64,000 nt of DNA from Raillietiella orientalis (lineage: Eukaryota). Where the stretch lies: contig JAYWIR010000006.1 in NCBI GenBank assembly GCA_036172245.1, forward strand, positions 5,332,001 to 5,396,000, read 5' to 3'. Below, one piece after another: positions 61,000 through 64,000 of the stretch. The position numbers were made by a program, and so were the translations under genes. Position 1 is the first letter of the stretch, and each line of letters begins with the position of its first letter. Below the pieces are notes generated by a model. The model saw only the letters and a list, made by a program, of their open reading frames with translations, was not told the origin of the DNA and ran no database searches.

Positions 61000-62683
61000 A
61001 TGTCAACAAATCTCAAACAAACATTAAATGGGTTAGGAAACTCCGCAGGATCACATAAGGATCTTGTAGAAAGGTACAGCAATGACTTCTCCGTTGTATG
61101 AATTTGTGTTGTAAATTTTGAAAAGATGCTAATCAGCCTACATCAGGTATGGTAGCATCAAGTAAACCCATAATTAATTTCAACAGGTTGAAATAACATT
61201 ATTTTAGAGTTGTTTTAATGTTCCTTTGGAGTTTTAGGCTTTGTAAAGCTGAAAGGTAATCAGAAAAATCGGCTAGCAGTTTAGAAAATAATGTAAAGAA
61301 CCTATTTTATTTAGATTTATAATAATCTGTTGCCATACCTTGTGTATCATTGCATGAGTGTTCATAATGTAGTGTCCTTACTTTTACTAGATACAGGCAG
61401 ATTCTAGCAAATATTCTGGAATCACGAGGTGATGAAGCTATCTTAACAAATTCTTTGAAGATTTTCATAGAAGCAAGTAAGCCAAACAATTTAATTTAAA
61501 AGTAGCATATGTGTAAAGAAATTAATCTGAAATAATTTGCAGAATTTACTAATTAATGGGAAATTGTCATTTCAGTAGTGAATGAAAGTGTTAGCTTAGT
61601 CATTTCAAGACAGATATTGAGTGATATCAGCAATCAATTGCCAAATTTACCTGAGTTAGTGTCCAAAATGGTTTCAAATTTTGCCCTTGAAAAGGTACAG
61701 CCACGAGTTATTTCATTTGAGGAACAAGTAGCTGCAATACGTCAGTATCTAGCATCTCTTTATGAAAAAGAGAAAGAATGGAGAGAAGCTGCAAATGTCT
61801 TAGTTGGGATTCCATTGGAAACAGGACAGAAGTAAACTCACATGAGCGATTCATTGAGCTTTTGTGCTTGCTTTCCAGACAGTACTCAGTAGATTACAAA
61901 CTAGAAACATATCTGAAGATAGGACATTTGTATCTGGAGGATGGGGATCCAGTACAAGCTGAATCTTACATTAACCGTGCCAGTCTTCTGCAGGCCGAAT
62001 CTCAGATTGAATCTCTACAACTTTTATACAAAGTGTGCTATGCCCGTGTACTGGATTTTCGACGGAAATTTATGGAAGCTGCCCAACGATATAATGAGTT
62101 ATCCTATAAGTTACCTGAAGAAAAAAGACTGGAAGCATTGCGCAATGCACTTCTTTGCACAATATTGGCTTCAGCAGGTCAACAGCGTAGTCGTATGTTA
62201 GCTACACTCTATAAAGATGAACGTTGTGCCCAGTTGCCAGGACATGCCATTTTGCGTCATATGTATCTTGAACGCCTTATTCCACGTAAACAGCTCAAAG
62301 AGTTGGATGCTATGTTGCATCCACATCAGAGGGCCACTGTTGCAGATGGCTCCACTATCTTGGAGCGTGCCATTGTGGAACACAATTTGTTAGCAGCACG
62401 GCGGCTGTATCATAATATCCGTTTTGAGGAACTGGGAGTTTTGCTAGAAATACCTGCATCTCAAGCAGAACGTATTGCAAGCCAAATGGTGACAGAGGGT
62501 CGTCTCGAAGGACATGTGGACCAGATAGAAGGAATGGTTCATTTTGGCGAGCAACAAGTCCTGTCATCATGGGATAAACAGATTCAAGGATTGTGCTGTC
62601 AGGTGAATGCAATTGCAGAACAAATTCGACATGCTGTGCCAGAATGGTATAATGGAATACTTGATGAAGAGATGGTGGAATAA
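61000..62683 (+). CDS. COPS4: COP9 signalosome subunit 4 (PCI domain), 406 aa, 4 exons
   Basis: Exons 61000-61073, 61391-61476, 61576-61831, 61879-62683 with GT-AG junctions in phase. Contains the motifs [62 protein letters not shown] and [22 protein letters not shown] at 62839 and 62856. Confidence 0.96.
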
Positions 62684-64000
62684 GTTTGAGTCATAAATGA
62701 TCACATATCCACATTGAGTTGACTACACATGAAAGTGCAGCAATGCAACTGTATTTATTTATTGTTTGCATTTCTGATTTTGAGTGTAATGGAAGTTCCT
62801 GGGTATGGAATCCAGCCTGAGCAGCCCTAGTTGAATCGAATAAATTACGTTTGGAAATAAAGTGCAAAAATTCCTGTGTATTTATGATTTAAAAGCCATG
62901 TATTTGCACCTTTTATTGTAATTGTTTTAAAGTGGTAAAATGTTATTTTAAGATGTAGGTATAGTTTTATGTAAAAGACTGCAATAGTTTCCTGACAACC
63001 ATGTAATGGTACCTGCCATATATCTTGGCCATGATATGGCCAAAAGTGCTCAGGAGCGCACCGTTCAGAGTAGGTAGCTATTTACCAATTTTAAGCGACT
63101 CTACCACCATTTTAGCAGACATTTTTGGGCTCCACCGATAGCCACACAAGTATAGCACTCCGCTTGACCAACACTAAGTTACTTTTACAATGGAAACTCA
63201 AGTGTTGGTGAGCTAACACCCGAACGAAATAACTCCTGCCTTTTTATCGGTGATATTGCACAGAGACATCATAGTTAGCTTTTTAGAATGAATATATAAC
63301 AAATACTATTATTTCCACTTGCGCTTCCAAATATACCATTTGGGGATTATACCATACCTAATATACCAATCTCTTCTAACGGCCATCATTCATTACGAAT
63401 TCGCAGTCTCTGTTATCCATGTATGGGTGAAAATTAAAATTCATAGTTCGTTGTTCTAATAATCAAGTAGAGGTAAGGCCCGTAAAAATGACAGAAATAT
63501 TTATCGACAGATTGCGTTCCAAAAGCGCTATTCACTAAGGGAGTATAATAACCAAGCTGAGCTATCGATACTGATTCGGTCTTGAGATTAATAATACACA
63601 ATGTTGTTGTTGTATTATACTTGCAGAAGCTTGTTTATTTTCGTTGAAGCTCTTTCGATTCATACAAAAATATTGGATTGTTTCATTGAGATAGAAACCA
63701 TTTTCCTTGACCATCACCCAAGGTCCACCTATTAAAAGGTTACTAAGATGTTACTCTGATGCTTATTTCTTCACAAACAGATGATTCCTTGAATTCTTTT
63801 TAGCTTACATTGCTGTTCCTTTTTAGCGATAAAAACCATGAATGATTACGACATTAACTCAGATAGCCAAGTCAGGTGTCTCATCAGTCCTTTACGATTT
63901 GCCTCCACAGCTCGGAAACTGTTTTATCAGCATTTTAGAATGGAGTTGTTATTGTTATTTTCCGTCTAAAGCCTCTGCAACATCTCCCTCATTCTGTCTC

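Noticed and set aside
1..64000. CRISPR arrays, operons and other prokaryotic systems
   Set aside because: Spliceosomal introns and metazoan genes show this is animal DNA, and no regularly spaced repeat-spacer array was seen.

Overview
Animal genomic DNA, very likely arthropod or crustacean-like, judging from the Pax2/5/8 sequence; the species cannot be identified from the sequence alone. The first ~47.5 kb is GC- and CpG-rich and contains one clearly supported gene, a six-exon Pax2/5/8 (shaven/D-Pax2-type) on the minus strand (CDS 32829->29052). Around it lie long polypyrimidine tracts, several decayed copies of one L1/Tx1-like LINE family and two copies of a tRNA-headed SINE. From ~47.5 kb the sequence is AT-rich and gene-dense. 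It holds UBE2G1/Ubc7 (49993-50678, +) and COPS4/CSN4 (61000-62683, +), both strongly CpG-depleted and with 42-50 nt introns, plus two tentative secreted or C-type-lectin-like (pseudo)genes on the minus strand. Most ORFs in the supplied track are GC-rich or low-complexity artefacts. I cannot demonstrate a new biological system. The most notable items are a SINE-LINE junction, a recent 87-bp inverted duplication, a conserved LINE 3' stem-loop, very short introns, and a sharp boundary between CpG-rich and CpG-depleted DNA.
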